29,057 nucleotides of DNA from an uncultured bacterium (GTDB lineage Bacteria; Hydrogenedentota; Hydrogenedentia; Hydrogenedentales; JAEUWI01), in contig CAXBPH010000063.1 of NCBI GenBank assembly GCA_963977445.1, positions 1-29,057 of the forward strand, given 5' to 3'. This document shows, piece after piece, positions 26,773-29,057 of the stretch. Made by a program: the position numbers and the translations under genes. Position 1 is the first letter of the stretch, and every line of letters begins with the position of its first letter. The notes beneath the pieces were generated by a model, which searched no databases, had not been told where the DNA came from, and saw nothing but the letters and a program-made list of their open reading frames with translations.

Positions 26773-27825
26773 ATGGGATTTCTAATAGACATGACGGAAA
26801 AAGGATGGGTGCCGGATCGGGTGGTACGCCACGGTATTCGTCGTTTGCTCGCGGAGCGCTTACGGACCTGTGAAGCCCAGACGGTCGGTCACCTCGAGTA
26901 CGGGCGCGCCAGACCGATTGCCGTGGACACCGATGCGGCGAATCAGCAGCACTATGAAGTGGCGCCAGAATTTTTTGCCCGCGTATTGGGCCCACGGCGT
27001 AAATACAGCTGTTGTTGGTATGAGCGGGAGAACGCTACTCTCGCAGATGCCGAGGAATCCATGCTTCGCCTGACGTGTGAGCGCGCTGGTCTGGAAGACG
27101 GGATGGATATCCTGGAGCTGGGCTGCGGGTGGGGTTCCCTGACCCTGTGGATGGCGGAGCACTATCCCAACAGTTCCATTACGGCCGTGTCCAACGCCCG
27201 TCCACAGCGGGAAACCATCGAGGCCCTTGCCCGGAAACGGGGGCTGTCGAACGTCACGGTAAAAACGGCGGACATTAACTCCTATCGCCCGGAGCAACGA
27301 TTTGACCGTGTGGTCTCCGTTGAAATGTTTGAGCACGTACGAAACCATGTCGTGCTACTGGAACGAATCGCCCAGTGGCTAAAGCCCGAAGGTAAGTTGT
27401 TCATTCATGTGTTTTGCAATCGCGCACATACGTATACCTATGAAGATAAGGGCGAAGCGGACTGGATGGCCCGGCATTTCTTCCGTGGTGGCATGATGCC
27501 GTCCTACAATTATTTTCATGGACTGCCCGTGCCCTTTCGTGAGGACACTTCCTGGATGGTGAACGGTAGCCACTACGCCCGCACGTGTCGTGATTGGCTC
27601 GCACTACTGGATTGTCAGCGGGAAGACGTGGAAGCCCTGTTTCTTCGGGACCTTGGCAAATCGGGTGCGGCCGTTCAGGTACAACGTTGGCGCATGTTTT
27701 TTATGGCGTGTGAGGAGCTCTTTGCGTGGGACGGTGGAAAGGAGTGGCACGTTGGTCACTATCTGCTCGATCCGGTGCCGGCTGAAGTTTCCACGGAACT
27801 CCAGGCGGGTGTCGCCTCTCTTTAA
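26773..27825 (+). CDS. Second CFA-synthase-like SAM methyltransferase (coclaurine N-methyltransferase-like subfamily)
   Basis: GGAGG SD; ANQQHYEV, LGPRRKYSCC, LELGCGWGSL, VSVEMFEHVRN, WMARHFF.GG.MPS, RWRMFFMACEELF. Confidence 0.92.
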   Translation: MGFLIDMTEKGWVPDRVVRHGIRRLLAERLRTCEAQTVGHLEYGRARPIAVDTDAANQQHYEVAPEFFARVLGPRRKYSCCWYERENATLADAEESMLRLTCERAGLEDGMDILELGCGWGSLTLWMAEHYPNSSITAVSNARPQRETIEALARKRGLSNVTVKTADINSYRPEQRFDRVVSVEMFEHVRNHVVLLERIAQWLKPEGKLFIHVFCNRAHTYTYEDKGEADWMARHFFRGGMMPSYNYFHGLPVPFREDTSWMVNGSHYARTCRDWLALLDCQREDVEALFLRDLGKSGAAVQVQRWRMFFMACEELFAWDGGKEWHVGHYLLDPVPAEVSTELQAGVASL

Positions 27826-27856
27826 TGATGATTCCAACGAGAAGGGACTACAACGC

Positions 27857-28414
27857 ATGTTGTGCCTGTTGCTTAGCGTCAGTTTTTTACTCAACGCGGA
27901 GTCTGCGACCATGAATAAGGTTCCCGAGGCGTCGCAAGAGCGCTCCGACCGGATTCGAAAGACCTTTGACGAAGTCCGCGTGGATACGCTGTATCTTCTG
28001 GACGAACTCTATAGTGACGATATGGTTTTTGAGGATCCCTTGGGCCGTATGGAGGGCTTGGAAGAATTCAGGATCTATATGGAGGCCATGTATCAGTACG
28101 TTCAGGAAATTACGTGGGACTATACGGACGAGGTCATCCAGGGAGATACCCATGTGCTCTATTGGACCATGACGTTACAGACGAAGGGGCTGAACGGCGG
28201 CAAGCCCTTTTCCGTCGATGGCACGTCTCACCTGAAATTTAACGAAGAGGGCAACGTATATTTTCACCGGGATTATTTCGATATGGGTGCCTACGTATAT
28301 GAGCGGGCACCGGTGGTGAAGTGGTTTGTGAATTTCGTTAAGCGTCGTCTTCACAAGGCCGTAGAAGATGCGCGGGAAACGGTACAAAATCAGAAAACAG
28401 AGGTTGGAAAATAG
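27857..28414 (+). CDS. NTF2/SnoaL-like fold protein with N-terminal hydrophobic segment
   Basis: LYSDDMVFEDP, YWTM, DGTSHLKF, HRDYFDMGAYVYERAPV; ATG 27857 follows GAAGGGA (the ORF-track start at 27590 overlaps the upstream gene). Confidence 0.88.
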   Translation: MLCLLLSVSFLLNAESATMNKVPEASQERSDRIRKTFDEVRVDTLYLLDELYSDDMVFEDPLGRMEGLEEFRIYMEAMYQYVQEITWDYTDEVIQGDTHVLYWTMTLQTKGLNGGKPFSVDGTSHLKFNEEGNVYFHRDYFDMGAYVYERAPVVKWFVNFVKRRLHKAVEDARETVQNQKTEVGK

Positions 28415-28498
28415 TCGTCGGACGTGTCCATGCCTTGAATGAAATGCCCCAGCGGCATAGCGCCACCGGGGTTTCAAGGGTAAGACAATCGGCGACGG

Positions 28499-29056
28499 CT
28501 ATGATGCGTCAGCATAAACCGTATAGGGCTGCACGCGCTCTATCCATGCTTCGGAGTCCAAGGCTTCCACGTGGCCATCGGCAAAAAGCACGTGGTTCAT
28601 GCCGCTTCCAGCACACTCGTGGGTTTCGATGGCCACAGGTATCGCCGACAGCATCACATTCTTCATCCCATTATCCATTCCAAGCTCCCGCACGATTTCA
28701 ATCAAACGTGTTTCACTGGTCGCTGGAAAAAGGAGTTCATAGCTTACGGTTCGACCAGGGTTATCGGCTTCATCTAAGCCGGGGCAAGTGAGCACCTTGG
28801 TGTCTGCAAGGTATTCGGGGATCGTCATCGCCCACCCTCCCGGGTAAGAGGATTCCGGGTCTTCGGCGGCAAACATCTTGAGAACTAACCCGAGCTGCTT
28901 CATATTATTGCTGCAGCTCGCCAAGATTGGTCCGATCTGGTCGATTGTTTTTTTTGTCTGCTTGGAACATTCGAATGACGTATCAGAATCTACCAGACGC
29001 ACATCCTCGGGGTACTTCGTTTGACATGCCAGCGTCATGGGGGGCAGGGCATATTT
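28499..29056 (-). CDS. C-terminal part of a DUF1559 / H-X9-DG-like domain protein (5' end beyond window edge)
   Basis: SCSNNMKQLGLVLKMFAAE, L.CP and NHVLFADGHVE motifs; the frame stays open to the window end (KYALPP before Met 29038). Confidence 0.82.
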   Translation of the reverse strand, partial: KYALPPMTLACQTKYPEDVRLVDSDTSFECSKQTKKTIDQIGPILASCSNNMKQLGLVLKMFAAEDPESSYPGGWAMTIPEYLADTKVLTCPGLDEADNPGRTVSYELLFPATSETRLIEIVRELGMDNGMKNVMLSAIPVAIETHECAGSGMNHVLFADGHVEALDSEAWIERVQPYTVYADAS

Positions 29057-29057
29057 T

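Noticed and set aside
28433..28480. CCTTGAA...TTCAAGGG resembling the 3' central region of 6S RNA
   Set aside because: The intergenic space is only about 85 nt between convergent CDSs, too short for a 6S RNA.

Overview
Gene-dense, GC-rich bacterial chromosomal segment. The mix of planctomycete-type families (PSD1/cytochrome c + DUF1501, ThuA-like, ceramidase-like, DUF1559-like) suggests a PVC-like or Hydrogenedentota-like lineage; this is inference only. It carries the end of der, plsY, two membrane TPR glycosyltransferase-like genes (DUF2723/TMEM260-like and TMTC-like), a minus-strand REC-GGDEF / hypothetical / HTH-WYL / alkaline phosphatase run, RbsD/FucU, a large low-complexity membrane-anchored coiled-coil protein, a SAM methyltransferase, a PSD1-DUF1501 pair, and a CIA30 gene divergent from a five-gene fatty-acid modification operon resembling furan fatty-acid (ufa) synthesis. 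No rRNA, tRNA, CRISPR array, transposase or integrase is visible. The most notable signals missing from the ORF track are: two small amphipathic peptide genes, each with an SD sequence and a strong terminator (6778-6906, 17299-17406); a 150-200 nt rod-like hairpin with a tandemly duplicated 3' arm (3345-3630); a nest of small palindromic elements bounded by 39-bp direct repeats (15801-16245); and back-to-back sigma70 promoters studded with TnnACA boxes resembling CarH/LitR operators (23358-23435).
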